64,000 bases of DNA from Octopus sinensis (taxonomy: Eukaryota). Position 1 is the stretch's first letter, and every line of letters begins with the position of its first letter. Below, piece by piece: positions 36,505-50,458 of the stretch. The position numbers were made by a program, and so were the translations under genes. The notes under the pieces are model-generated. The model ran no database searches, was not told the DNA's origin, and saw only the letters and a list, made by a program, of their open reading frames with translations. Location: NCBI RefSeq assembly GCF_006345805.1, contig NC_042997.1:73222001-73286000 (forward strand), in the 5' to 3' direction.

Positions 36505-38751
36505 TATCATGTTGTCACAATTAAATTTACTAAATTTTGTGAAACAAGGGAAAAGAAATAATTACTGAGAAAAGCAATTTTTGTTACCGCAAATTTACGC
36601 CATGAATTTTCATGATAAAAATATCCTGGGGCTTAAAGATAATCCTTCTGTAGTGAGTCAGTTCAAGGTGGCAATGTCTGTTGGGTTTATAGTCATATAC
36701 AGTTAATGTTATTAAACTAACGAGGCATTGATTATACCATTATGATATTTACGCAATGTTTACCCTGTACATTGTATAAAGTGTGCATGCAAGACATAGA
36801 GTAGGTTTTGAGAATACTCAAACTCAGTTATTCATACCATAAAAGTAGCTAGAACAAATTAGCATTAAATGAGTGCTTCTTCGTTTGGTGCTGCCTCACA
36901 TATACTCGTATAGTATGAAATTGTCTGATTAAAGCGATTGCGATATTTATTGAAACGCGGATAATGAGTGAGCACAGAACCACATATTGTGTGGTACTTT
37001 ATCATATAACCTTTTGATTCATAGCCTGAATTATGCTCGATTCTCTTCCTTCGAAAATATAAATGCCACTCAATTTGTGGTTTTCTGATGAAGTCAGAAA
37101 TAATTAACATGGAAACACTAATGTTCTGAGTCAAAGACCTTGCAATATTTTACTATTAACGCTGATAAATCCATGTAACCAGCAAGTTATTACAAACAGT
37201 AATTGAAGAAGAATTGCACATTGATAAATCAATTTCAAAATTTAATTTATTTGGTTTTCTTCAAATATCGAAAACTGTCGCTGCCTTATTCATTTCACAA
37301 AATCCAAAGTCACATTTGCCGGTCGATATAATAAATTGGAGGTGATTTTCTATTATCTTCTTCCTCCATTTCTAAACTTCCTCTATATCATTACCGACAT
37401 CTCCTATCAACATCACTTCGGTAAAAACAATCCTAACCCAAGTGGAAAAGTTATTCATCTGTCGAAGCTCATTTGTTATACTCACGAAGAATAGCATGCA
37501 AATATAAGTAGTTTTCGTATTGTTTTTGTATTTCGTTCAAAATAATTGTTTCCGACTCTCTAAATTGCTACTGAAGTCTTCTTTATATTCCAATAATTAA
37601 TATACTTTGTTTTCACATAATATTTATGGTAATATATTTCAAATTGGTTTAATGTTTAGTAATTCATTGGATATGTAACTATATTTAGTCGTCAAGATAA
37701 GTGTTTGTTTCACGATGTCGTTTAAACATCCATTTATCACCATATCATAAGTTTTTCATTCCTAAATTTTAGTTTCTCTTAATAATCTCATTGTTGTTGT
37801 TGCTTAACCTTAGGTCAGCCCTGATAGAAAAACTCTATGATCATAGCATGCCATCCTTGTTCACCTGGTCTCTTCTTCTGCATTGCATTACCATACTTTG
37901 CAAATTGCCTTCTTTTAAGAGGGTAATAATCGATTTGAAGGAGCTTCGCCATTGTTTCTAGCAGGTCGACCAACGATGTAATAGAATTTTTCATAAGATT
38001 AATGAGGTGTTTTAACAATTTTAGGTATATACATGTATACTCAACCGTAAGGAATTCACGAAAGAGATGCTATAGCGAGAAGCTGAAAGACGATCACCCT
38101 TAATTTCGTGCCAATCTAATGCAAGTACTGTTGCTTTATTAGCTGACAATTTAAACTAAAGTGTGATGTTGGCTCAGACTTTAAACATCTATGAAAATTT
38201 GAACCCCAAAACCATTGCGTTGGCAATTTTGCTGCTTCATAATACAGGTAAAAATCCGCTGCGTTGGTGACATGAAAGTATGTATGTTGACAGCAATTGC
38301 ACCCAATCTGTGTAGTTAGTTATATATTTCTAATTGTATGAATAGATATCGTGGATATTTAACCCGTGTTAAAACTGGAATGAAAGGTTATTCTGCCTAA
38401 CATTATAGCAACAATAACTTCAATGTACGTAATATTCTACTTCTTGAATATTTATAAAACTTTAATAACGATTATAACAGTAACTCAAATAAAGAACTAG
38501 AGATGTGTGATTTGATCACTTAATACTATTCTAAGCATTACCTCAATATATTCTTCAGAAAATAGCAAATTTTGTGAACATATAGTACAAGTACAACTTT
38601 TGTTTACAAACAGTTTCATCTTGAAGCAAACTCAAGCAGTTTTCACTATGACAAACACAAACTCCTAAAAAATCCAATACATTAAGCATTCGGCTGAAGA
38701 TATCTCCACCGGGATAAAGAAAAGAATATATGATTATTATTTATAACTCAC

Positions 38752-38932
38752 CATGATGACAGTAACCGCCATTGTTAATCGAGTAACACCACCAAAAAAA
38801 GATGCTGCACCAATTAACGCAAAGACTCCAGGATCCGACCAATTCCAGTAATGGGGGTCATTACTACCAAGCGACTTCAATATATTCACTAAGGTAATTC
38901 CGACCAATCTACCACACAGGCCTCCGATAAAG
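38752..38932 (-). CDS. CLC exon F (181 nt): FIGGLCGRLVGITLVNILKSLGSNDPHYWNWSDPGVFALIGAASFFGGVTRLTMAVTVIM
   Basis: Acceptor tacttcag, donor atg|gtgagt; DPGxFALIGAASFxGGVxRxT is a CLC hallmark. Confidence 0.95.
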
Positions 38933-38974
38933 CTGAAGTAAATATGCATGTTATATTTTATACATGTATGTATG

Positions 38975-39008
<34 letters not shown>

Positions 39009-39092
39009 TGTATGTATGTATGTATGTATGTATGTACGTACGTATGTACGTATGTATGTATGTATGTATGAATGTATATATATATACATTTA

Positions 39093-39128
<36 letters not shown>

Positions 39129-39472
39129 ATATATATATATATATGTATAGGTAAGTCATAAGTAAATGAGAAATAGTTTCTCATAGTTAATATACAAGTG
39201 ACATAGTGCTGCAAGATGATATTATTTCGCAAATTCTGATTACTAAAAGAATTCAATAAAGGTTCTGTCTTACGGTGTGCAGTTGTCACAGTTATACCTT
39301 GTTGTGGTGAAGATTTAATATTACTATGCCCAATTGAAAAGTGGTATTAATGGAATTTGTTCTTTAAAATGATACTCAGGGAAGCCTATGTACGATAGTG
39401 AACAACATTGTTCATACATACATACATACAAACATATGTGTGAATGTATGTGTGTATGTGCGTATGTATGCA

Positions 39473-39577
<105 letters not shown>

Positions 39578-39629
39578 ATAAAACGGTAAGATACAAAAGA
39601 AAGAAAGAGACCTCAATATTATGTAAATA

Positions 39630-40740
39630 GAGGAAATACGTAAGGCCCACGTATTTCTTCGTCGAAACGGTGTCTTTAGTGGTTATAGAGTTTACGGTAG
39701 CTTCATATATGATGGTCTTGGACATGCAAGCTCCATTTAGCGGGCACAATTCTTTATTCCTGCATGAACAGCTGTTTTCTTGTGTTTTTTGTATGTTATG
39801 TTTGATTATGTTTTTAAAATTGGTAGTTGAACTAAAACTAATTTTTAAATTGTGTCTATTGAAGAGTTTCCTATAAGTATGGTTAACTGGAAAATGTCTA
39901 TCTATCAGAGCTAGGAAATATTTACCTATATTGAAGGCCACCTCGGGTGTAAACCAGATGACCTTCCTATTTCTATTATTCCTTTTCCTTACTGTTGGGC
40001 TAGTGATAGGTGTATATTTTATTTTTTCGCTAAAACCACTATCTTTTAAAGCCTTATTATAAACTGGGACAACGCTATTGAAGATGTCCTTATCAGAGGA
40101 GAGGCTAGAAATCCGCTTACTAATATTTTTAACTAAATTTTTGAATACTATAGGGGGATGGCATGAACCTACATTAATATAACTTAGTCTATCATTGGGC
40201 TTCCTATAAGGCTTATAAATATTCTTATTAAGATCTAAGGAAACGTCTAAGAAATTGACAACCTTTAGGTTAGTATCTATAGTTATACTAAGTCCGAAGT
40301 ATTTCATTAACTGGATAATATCCTTCCTAAAACGATCTTGTGCTGGTCCATTTGTATTAGCTGTTAAGGCGAGGGCATCATCTTTGTAGATGGCGAAATG
40401 TACGTTAGGGAATGTCTTACCTAAGGTATCTAGGAGAAAAAGTCCAATTAGATCACAGATGCCTGCCCCATCATATGAACCCATGCTCACTTCGAAAGCG
40501 CCCTCTGTGTCGGTGTTTTTTACCCACTTTGCGTTCTCACTGAAAAGTAAGGTCTTTCTAGCATGGAAGATTATGTCCTTATCATTGGTACTAATTTCTA
40601 TGAAGTCGCTAGCGAAGATGAGGGCTTTATCTAGCAGTTCTCTAGAGATAGAGGCATAAAAATCAACAATATCGAATTGTGTAAACCTCGTTTTTTTCTT
40701 ATTCTTAAAACTCAGAGATTTATCTTGACTACCGAGTAAA
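39630..40740 (-). mobile_element. Penelope-like element (Naiad-like RT + start of GIY-YIG), truncated at both ends by (TA)n
   Basis: Continuous frame QFDIVDFYASI...MGSYDGAGICDL...YKDDAL...FLDV...SCSCRNKELCPLNGAC...YVGLT. Confidence 0.88.
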
Positions 40741-40790
40741 GTAACATATTATTGTATGTATATATATATATATATTATATATATATATAT

Positions 40791-40864
<74 letters not shown>

Positions 40865-41314
40865 ATAGGTGTGTAAGTCTTTTACGTTTCGAGCCTGCGC
40901 TCTTCACAGAAAGGAACACGAGGAAATAAACAGAGAGAAAATATAAAAAAATTGTGGGTTTAGCGGCCAATCATATACATAAATACATACGTACATACAT
41001 ACATACATATGTACATACATACATACATACATACATTCATACATACATACACACATTCATACATACATACATACATACATACATACATACATACATACAT
41101 ACATACATACATACTACATACATACATACATATATGCATATATACATACATACATATATATAGATAAGAGAAAATCTATCAGAAAGGAATTCTATCTCTC
41201 TTAAAAAATATCTTTTGATAAGCATAACAAATGCGCAACCGGTAAAAAGAATGTTCACCTAATTAAATACACTCTCCCTTACTTAAATTATTTTGTCAGC
41301 ATTTTCTTCATTTC

Positions 41315-41393
<79 letters not shown>

Positions 41394-41589
41394 GAAATTA
41401 ATTTGTGTAAAAATCAATGAGTACTCCGTCTAATGAGAGGCTAATATTGCTATAACTGTTTCATATTACTAATAGTTTCACGTACACATGTACGTTCATC
41501 AGGCACCGATAAACGTACTTATGTACTTAGTAGTGCATATAACGCATGTCGTATGAATCACTTATAGTAATATATGCATCGTGAAACTC

Positions 41590-41963
41590 CGTCGTTTACC
41601 GCGACTAGGGTTCCAGTTGATCCGAACAACAGCAAAGCCTGCTATTGAAATTACCGTGCAAGTGGCTGAGCACTTCATAGACATGTGTACTTCTTAACGT
41701 AGTTCTCGGAGAGATTCAGCGGGACACAGTGTGTGACAAGGCTGGTCCTTTGAAATACAGGTACAACAGAAACAGGAAGAAAGAGTGAGAGAAAGTTGTG
41801 GTGAAAGAGTACAGCATGGTTCGCCACCAGACCCTGCCGGAGCCTCGTGGAGCTTTAGGTGTTTTCGCTCAATAAGCACTGGCAGCGCCCGGTCTGGGAA
41901 TCGAAACCGCGATCCCACGACCGTGAGTCCGCTGCCCTAACCACAGGGCCATTGTGCATCCAC
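41590..41963 (-). mobile_element. Long tRNA-derived SINE
   Basis: Minus-strand head tggccctgtggttagggcagcggact...ggtttcgattccc (A and B boxes). Confidence 0.82.
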
Positions 41964-42290
41964 AATATATATATATGCACCTCTTGATTATACATTTTAA
42001 TTGGATTTGAAAAATTAAAATGTATAAGCAACAGGCACATGCTAGATTTGCTTCGCATTTGTATGTTTAATCTTGGCGTACCTGTTGACGAAGATTTCGC
42101 CTGGCAAATTATATTTTTTATTAAAGAAGTCTGAAACCGCTGGTCCAGGAAATAGATGGTAAATATTTCTATTTTTCATTCCCTTCAAAATTTTTTTTCC
42201 CTAATTTGTAGTTTGCACTTTAGCTGTTCCTTCTAGTAACGTAAGGTAGTCCTATGATGGATACCTCTTAATGTGCTTAAATGAACTCTG

Positions 42291-42329
<39 letters not shown>

Positions 42330-42364
42330 TTAGAGTGTTTGGGAAATTGCTTGATTCTGTTATA

Positions 42365-43162
42365 ATATTTGGAGAGAATATTTTTTCTCAAAGAGTTAAG
42401 ATTGAGAGAAGAACCTTTTAGAAAGTCGAAAGACACTAACCTTTGTGTGTGGGCTTTGATTTTAGAGGTGTGCACGCGCTTTCAGTACTTAACGTTTTCA
42501 AGCACGTGGAAGTTGTTTTCTGTAAAATTGTTGTTGACTATTTCCTGTTTAGTTTCGGACTCAGAAATCTAATGAAATATTCTTCTTTTGCATTCTGGAG
42601 AAGGTCGTTCTCTTCATTTATTTTATGAAGAGGGAAAATTGTAAATGTTCCTTGTGCACTGGTGTCCAGATGATCGCTACTTGGTATGCATCTAAGTGCG
42701 GGATTTTTTATTTGATGCCTGCACATTTACACGGTTGGTTACTTTCGTTTCTGTTTCCCCAATATAATGTTTGTCGCATCGTCGGCATGTGATACAATAT
42801 ATCAGGTTTTTGCTTTTACAGTTCATATTTGCATTCGCCTTTAATTCTTTTCCATTCTTGAAATTTTTGGTTGGTCCCTGTTTTATTAAATTACATGTCC
42901 CACATTGGGGGTCTCCGCATTTGGTGACTTATATCATTTCTTCCTCTGATGCAAATATTGCTTTGATTAGAAGTTTCTTACGATTTGATGGTGACTTTCA
43001 GCTGTTGATTATTTGCTTTTCCATGATTATTTGTAGGAGACATGCAGACGAAGCCCGCACACATTTTGTAAAATCTCTTCCCAAAGGTTAGTGTCTTTTG
43101 ACTTTCTAAAAAGGTTCTTTTCTCAGTCTTAACTCTGAGAAAAAGATCTTCTCTCCTAATAT
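42365..43162 (-). mobile_element. Penelope GIY-YIG relic flanked by an ~80-bp inverted repeat (42365-42445 / 43082-43162)
   Basis: ORF 42538-42726 HQIKNPALRCIPSSDHLD...KEEYFIRFLSPKLN; inverted arms read directly. Confidence 0.78.
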
Positions 43163-43189
43163 ATGTGTGTGTATATATATACATACATA

Positions 43190-43246
<57 letters not shown>

Positions 43247-43725
43247 ATACGCATGTGCGTGCATGCGTATGCGTGTATGCGTGTGTGTGTGTACGTACAT
43301 GCATGTGTATGTGTGCATGCATAAAAGCATATGAGATGAGGTGACGTATTTATAGATTTAAATAACACAACTCAGCACACTAGTATAATCTATTTCATGA
43401 TTGTCAGCTATATTGTCCAAATATTAATTGGTATTGTGAGAATTTAGCATCTAACATCTAACATGAGTGAGTTTCCAAATATCAAACTTATTAAACCACC
43501 ATTTTGCATACCATAACATATTGAAGTAGCCATTATACAACTATCTAACAAAATTGTAACTGCAAAAAATACAGTTTAAAAATATCTTTCTTTACACCTC
43601 TCAGAAAACTCTACCGATAGCCGCCAATGTGTTAATGAAGACGCGATTAAATACATTGGTTTAAATTCTCTGCAGAACAAAATATTAATAACACTATCAT
43701 ATTATGACAAAAGACGACAACTCAC

Positions 43726-43897
43726 ACAACTGGGACGAGGATGCCGCATGCAACAGCTGTTCCCGACGCCCAAGAAACAGACAGAAAATGCAGGACCAGT
43801 ACGCATGCTACAGAAGGAAATCCGAAATTAAGATGTGTATTTCTTGAAAATAAATTTTTCACTGCATCTTCTCCAGGTAGAAGTAATAAGGTGGCAA
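43726..43897 (-). CDS. CLC exon E (172 nt): (V)ATLLLLPGEDAVKNLFSRNTHLNFGFPSVACVLVLHFLSVSWASGTAVACGILVPV(V)
   Basis: Acceptor gcattgcag, donor gt|gtgagt; phase 1/2; G-x-x-x-P helix N motif. Confidence 0.92.
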
Positions 43898-45244
43898 CTG
43901 CAATGCAAATATGACAGAATTTGTTCTTGATATACATAATTTTATTTCACGGTAATAAACTACACTTCTACAACTCAATGTAGAACAACTTTGGTTTCAA
44001 TTTTAAACGATTTAAATTTGAAGAATTAGATAAAATAACATATATGAGGTGCGCGTCAATGAAATCATCATACATATGTACAAAAATTTCTCGTTTTGTG
44101 GAAGAAATGCGTTCTCGAAACTTGCTGTGACATGAAAACACGTAAATCGAAGCAACATATTTTCGCGTTGATATGAATGTTATAAGATGATAATGGTACC
44201 GATGTAGGTTTACAAAATGAAAAAGAAATCGTAACACATCCACTTTTATGCATGAAAATATCAACTCCTAAAGGACATGGTACTGTATGTACACATGAAA
44301 GCATTTGAAGAGGAATACTTTTAGGAATAAATAATTATAAATAAGATAAATAGGGTATGTTCTTATCATAAAAACGATGGCTCTGTGAGAGGGGGCAATG
44401 AGAGTTTCTAGGGTGATGAGGGACTTTGTCTTCTCTCGTATAGTTCATCATCACCACCACCTATTTGAGAGGCGAAGAAATAGTTTGATGTGCATTGTCT
44501 CTTTGTACAGCTCAGTGTAGGAACTGAGCTCATTGTAAACACCTTAACGAATCATAGCAGAACCTTGCTCTTCAAGAATCAAGGAAAAGAATTTCAAAGT
44601 AAATAGTATCAATTGTACTTGTGAATATTTCCAAGCTATTTTTACAGTGTCACTAGAAGGACCTCCTTATATATTTTGTTGAATTACGGTATCACAGATA
44701 TAATTCATATAACCATCATCACCTTCAATCATGAAGACCTATCAAACTTTATGCAAAGCACAGGCGGTTCTACTAAAGAGTTTTCTGCAGCATTACAATA
44801 CTTTCAGAAAGGAATTCTGACTCCTTTTCTTTTTATAATTTTAGTGGCTTGCATATTAAGGCAAAGTCTTAATCCCCAATCTGGACCAGATTTTTCCTTA
44901 AGTAAAACCGATCAAGACATCAAAAGTACTTGTGTCTTTCTGACGAGATCTATGATCTTCCTCTCACTGCTACTGCTTTTCTGTATAAAACTTATTATCA
45001 TCCCTTGAGAACACTACAGACAAAGTCTGTTATTAAATGCAAAGAATAGTGAATGCACGACCAAAAATAAGCCGCCGTCGATTTCGTTTCATTGACGTTT
45101 GGACTGGGCGATATGTTGTGTTCTCGAGCAAGGAACATCAATTCACGTTGCTCCAAGATACTCACTTGAAAAAGATTACTAGTACTTTGATGTAGCCCTC
45201 CCTCCCTCCCTCCAGATATCAAATTTTCAATATACCATAAGGTC

Positions 45245-45455
45245 TAAGGCGGCGAGCTGGCAGAAACGTTAGAACGCCGGGCGAAATGCTTAGCGGCATT
45301 TCGTATGTCTTTACGCTCTGAGTTCAAATTCCGCCGAGGTTGACTTTGTCTTTCATCCTTTCGGGGTTGATAAGTTAAGTACCTGTGGTCGAGCTAATTG
45401 ACTGGCCCCTTCCCCCAAAATTTCGGAACATGTGTCTAGAGTAGAAAAGAATATT
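45245..45455 (+). mobile_element. SINE with 10-bp TSD ccataaggtc
   Basis: Same family as 9465; TSD at 45235-45244 and 45456-45465. Confidence 0.9.
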
Positions 45456-46113
45456 CCATAAGGTCGAGCGCTGGGAGAACCTAAAGAGTGCCTGCGACAA
45501 CGTAGGCGCTTAAAAATATAGGCTACAATTTGCAAGTGACAACTAAGCTTTCCAGTCTTTAGAGGCTCTGAAATCCTTGACTTTTGTGTGCTTTATTAAA
45601 TTTTCGTTTTGGCATTTCCCAGAATCCACAGGTTTCATCAGCGTCAAGTATCTGTTTCAAACAATAAAACACCTTATTATTTTAGCAAATTTTAATAAAT
45701 TCTTTTGCAGTGTTCTTATCTTTTATTCTACTTCCTCAGTAGATATCTTCAAGTTTTAAATTTTCGAAACAATTTCTTATTGCCACATATTGCAGGTTGT
45801 AGGTAATTAAACGTCTTGTTTGTAATGTTGACTTGATTAAAATTTCATATTGTGTTTTCCGTAAAGCCAAGGTGTGTTTAGTTCATATCTTTTCTTGAGG
45901 AGGACGGGGTCTTCTATCTAAAATAAAAGAACTTCTTTGCATTGTTACTTTAGGTTGCAATGTATTTATGTCTTCTAAAGTATTTGAAAGGTCCGGTGAT
46001 TATGAAACCTTTGGATCTTTTTTTTTTTATTCCTGTCTATATTCTAACTCTTTCGCAATTTTATCGGAATCGGTTCGCTTTTAGCTTGACATACGAAACA
46101 ATATACCACGTAC

Positions 46114-46241
46114 CTTCATTATATGTTCCATTAGTGTACCACATAGTTCCAGTTTTTTTCATGGAGCCTTTGTTACATTTATAATGTATCACATTTGGTT
46201 CTGCTTCAGGATCTGCCCTGGTGTCATTATAACATCCATAA
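46114..46241 (-). CDS. CLC exon D (128 nt): YGCYNDTRADPEAEPNVIHYKCNKGSMKKTGTMWYTNGTYNE
   Basis: Not in ORF track. Acceptor ttttcgtag, donor g|gtacgt; phase 2/1; ends in the typical G-x-YN-E motif before ATL. Confidence 0.88.
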
Positions 46242-47662
46242 CTACGAAAATAATCATGAAAAACAAAATATACAATCTGTCATTCGTACCGGCTTAGGTT
46301 TGTTGACTCGCATACTCTGACCCAACGAAACTATGGCGGTAGCCTACTTAGGATATCAACTTGCACTTTGTAGATTTTGTTAGAACCCTTGGTCTGGAAA
46401 TCCGTGTATGAATACTAAGAGACAAGTCAGTAATACTTGGAGTGTATACAGCTACTCCATGTGAACCAAGTGGAGCTAGGCAGGAATTTGGTAGAGAAAC
46501 ATGGCTACATATTCTGCAAGTTATGTGTTGGTACATATTCTGCAAGCTTGAGAATATGAGCAACATTGACACAATAGTTTGCATTGCACATGGTACCAAT
46601 GCCTTCGATAATCTGGAACAAATACAATTATTAAGTCCCCGATTAACTAGGTTACATGTAACCACCCCCACGTAACCAAAATATCAATTGTGCCTACCAA
46701 CGTACACGATGTCATCAGTAACTGTCCACAAATGTTCGCAGGGTACTACCTTCCCATGAGATACGACATTTTTGCAAAAGTCTTTTACAATCCAATCCAA
46801 ATGAAGGATTGTTCTAACGGCCATACTAAAGGCGCAACAGAAAAAGAGTGTATCTATAGCTTTAATCATAAGGGAAAATGATGGAACCTGATGTAAACAC
46901 ATAAGTCAGGTAACGTTGAACGGGTTAGGGAGCAAAATAGTACACTTTTGTAGACATCAACTGCTCGGTGGATGAATAACTCGTCTAAGATTGAAAATAG
47001 ATACAACTTCTATAGTTCTTATATCCAGATTATTGACTTTCATTTGTACCTACTATTTTAGATGCACTGAATAACAGATTAACATAAAAGCTTAGAAATG
47101 CTGGTTTTGCTAAGAAAAAACAACAACCCGATTCGCAAAATTTCAAATATTCTTCACTGTTACATTTACATATGGAACACATGAATACGCACACAGATAT
47201 AAACATTAACGAAGCACAAATATGTGTGCACTAAAGTGAAATGCATAACCACGAGATAATTGCAAGTTTATTTCCATGAGCACCTACATTTATGTACACA
47301 CTAATTCATTTACATATCCACAAACCCCAAGAACTCTAATGACTAAAATTCAAGTTTTGAGTCTGCCAAGCAAAATCTTAAAACAATATTATGAAGTTAT
47401 AAGCTAACTTTTACACTCACCATTGTTATAATGAAAATAGCACTTATGGAACTTTGTTTCTTTGTAAGTGACATATTCGTTTTATAGGAAGCATTCTAAC
47501 TATTAAAAAGCATCATAAACAGAGGGATAACAAATCCCTGTCTCCAGACAAATGACTTAAATAAAAATACCAGTGCACAGAAATTACGTTTTAGTCATTT
47601 AACTTTCACTTTCTTTATATTTTTATTGTATTTTACTGTTAAAATCACATATGTTTACTTAC

Positions 47663-47748
47663 GTTGTATTTCCGTCTTCTGTTATACAGGTGAACTGTGT
47701 GCAACCGAAACTGTCGGGTATATAGATATACACTGTCGCTATTATCAC
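47663..47748 (-). CDS. CLC exon C (86 nt): VIIATVYIYIPDSFGCTQFTCITEDGNT(T)
   Basis: Not in ORF track. Acceptor ttgaccag, donor ac|gtaagt; phase 0/2 bridges exons B and D. Confidence 0.82.
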
Positions 47749-47856
47749 CTGGTCAAGAGTATATATGGATCAGTACATAACTATATACTTACATAGATAT
47801 AAGTGTAAAACAAATCAACTAAAAATAGTACGTATATTGGTTTCATATTTTGGCCA

Positions 47857-48036
47857 GGGATTTGGGGTTAGAAGGAAGGTCGATTATATTGACCCTAGTG
47901 TTCAACTGGTACTTATTTTATCAACTCCGAAAGAATGAAACTCAAAGTGGACCTCGGTGAAATTTGAACTTAGAGCGTACAAACGGATGAAATGTCGCAA
48001 AGCATTTTACGCGGCATGTTAACTATTCTGCGGCCT
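47857..48036 (-). mobile_element. Degenerate SINE (9465 family)
   Basis: aaagtggacctcggtgaaatttgaacttagagcg homology. Confidence 0.75.
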
Positions 48037-48617
48037 TTTTCTCTATTAAAATAGTGTTGTCTAACTTGTCATTGTAATACTTGAATCAAAACTTTTAGTA
48101 TAAAAATATTTAACATTGTGAGTAATAGCAAAACAAATAAAGAAAATTATGCAAGAAAGAAAAGACAATATAAGTTCAATAATTAATATTATTTTAAACA
48201 TTTAAACATTAGTATGGAAGACAAAATTCAGATAAGTTTCGGTTTTATTAGGCCTCCATATCAACGCAGAAACTTTGCCGAACTCGACTAAATAGATAAG
48301 AAATGAATCATCTGATGTATCATAATCTTCATCAATAATCATAAAAATTGTAATAAAACTTACAATAAATTTCTTGACAAGCAATTTCTTTTTGAATTAC
48401 TTAAGTTTAATATTAGTTTATGTGTTTTTATTTAAGCAGGATGTTCATTCTTGGATTTAAAAGCTTTGAATATTAAATCCCATCATATCAGTGAAACATG
48501 TTCTATAATAACGTATAAGTTAAACGGCACCGGAAACTTGCGACTGAATCTAGTATTGTCAAAAAATATGTCAGATAGAGAGATAATAAATACTGTACTA
48601 TATTCTTATAAGATATA

Positions 48618-49577
48618 TAGGGGTTGGACAAATTAATGAAAACACCTTGCTAAATAAGAGTTTTATTATTTAATAAGGAGTTGATCCGCCTTTGGCTGCA
48701 ATAGTTGCTGCGATACGTCCAGGAAAAGACTCATACAGCTTTTGAACAGTTGCGAGAGATATTTTCAGCCAACCATCAATTAAGACTTGTTCCAGCGCCT
48801 TCAGTGACATTGGAGGGGAGCGATTCCTTACTTGTTACTCGAAAGTAACACCATGAATGTTCAATAATAATTAGATCTGGTGATTGTATGGGCCAATGTA
48901 AGTGTTTCACTTCACTTCTGTGTTCTTGAAAGCAATTTTTAATGACTGTAGCAGTGTGGATTGGCATATTATCGTCTTGGAAGATTATTTCACCATTAAG
49001 AAATAATGCCTGCACCATAGGATGAACTTGGTCGCCCAAGTTTTGTAAATACGTCTGAAATTTCACTCTGCCATTCAGTGCAACTGTAGGATCAAGAGAA
49101 ATCCAAGATATGGCTTTCCAAATCATCACAGACCTACCTCCATACTTAACGGCTGGGACCAAGCAGTAGGATGATAGGCTTCTTTGGGCTGCCACTAGAC
49201 TTAAACCCGTTCAGAGCTTGGGAAAAGCATGAAAGACGATTCATCATCCGTTGATCTATTGGTCACTTCTGATGATATTCTGACCGGAATCACTCTTTTC
49301 AGAGTTCACTTTCCCTTGCTTTTGGAATGTAATAATTAAACTGAGGCACCAGCCATCCGAGCTCCAACAAATTTCCCTTGTTTAAAATCAGTAAGGTTGC
49401 ACATTATATATAAGTATAATTAACTGAAAAAAGATAAGGTATAAGGTTATAAACATTAGGTTCTAGATGCCAGAAATGCATTTACATATCCCTTGCAAGC
49501 AATTCAAGTTATGATAAACGAATAATCTTCATTAGAAAATACAGAACTGGTGTTTCCATTATTTTGTTCATCTATAC
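48618..49577 (-). mobile_element. Internally deleted Tc1-like transposon
   Basis: ORF 48776-49195 VKYGGRSVMIW...IFQDDNMPIH...WPIQSPDLIIIEHSW; TIRs ggggttggacaaattaatgaaaacacc / ggtgtttccattattttgttca. Confidence 0.88.
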
Positions 49578-50102
49578 ATTCATCTATGCACCTGAATACA
49601 CGTTAGTGTAGACATAACTTGCACTCCTTTCAAAATATCCCCCCACCCAAAGGTTGTATAGTTACACAGTAATTACCACGCAGAGAGTGTATACACTTTT
49701 GCACAAATAAGAAAGAAATGTTTAGTTGAATCAAATTTGGAATACATTATAAATAGCTCTCAGTTGTTTGTTTGTCCAGACACAAAATTAGTATACTTTC
49801 GCTGGCAAAAGTGTAAGAAGTGAAGAAACAATTCAAATCAATCCAACATTTTCAAGTAACTTAGAGATAAAAATCTATCGGGTAACAGACTAATATTGTT
49901 CGTACCTATTACACAAGACCTGTAGTATGAAATGCATTTATTGGATTATCATGTAAGGTAGATTTTCACATATAATTGATTCAATATCTCAATTGTATAC
50001 AATTCATATGAAGCAGATCCTGTGTATGAACTACATTTTATGTTAACGAAATTTATGTTTATATATGTATAAAGAAGAAAAAACGAAAGAGTGTTTTCAT
50101 AC

Positions 50103-50297
50103 CATGCAAATTATAGGTTCGATGCAGTGAATAATTCTAGCTATTATCGGTTTCGGCATTTTGAAAAGTAGCTTTTTCCGCATTCTCGCCATCTTCAGTT
50201 TGAGAAACGTAAAGAACGCGCCTAAAATCCCACCAGTTATCCCAATAACTATAGTTGGTATAAGCAGCAGCACGTTGATATTTATCACTGTAGCAAG
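50103..50297 (-). CDS. CLC exon B (195 nt): LATVININVLLLIPTIVIGITGGILGAFFTFLKLKMARMRKKLLFKMPKPIIARIIHCIEPIICM
   Basis: Acceptor ttttgtag, donor atg|gtatga; phase 0/0 fits neighbours; CLC GIxGGxLGAxF helix. Confidence 0.9.
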
Positions 50298-50308
50298 CTA
50301 CAAAATAA

Positions 50309-50321
50309 TAATATTAATAAT

Positions 50322-50377
<56 letters not shown>

Positions 50378-50398
50378 GTAATAATAATAATAATAATC

Positions 50399-50457
<59 letters not shown>
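50309..50457. repeat. (TAA)n microsatellite 12 bp from CLC exon B
   Basis: Direct reading. Confidence 0.97.

Positions 50458-50458
<1 letters not shown>

Noticed and set aside
46280-46900. GC-balanced coding-like stretch between exons C and D
   Set aside because: No recognisable motif in any frame, and exons C and D join in phase without it.
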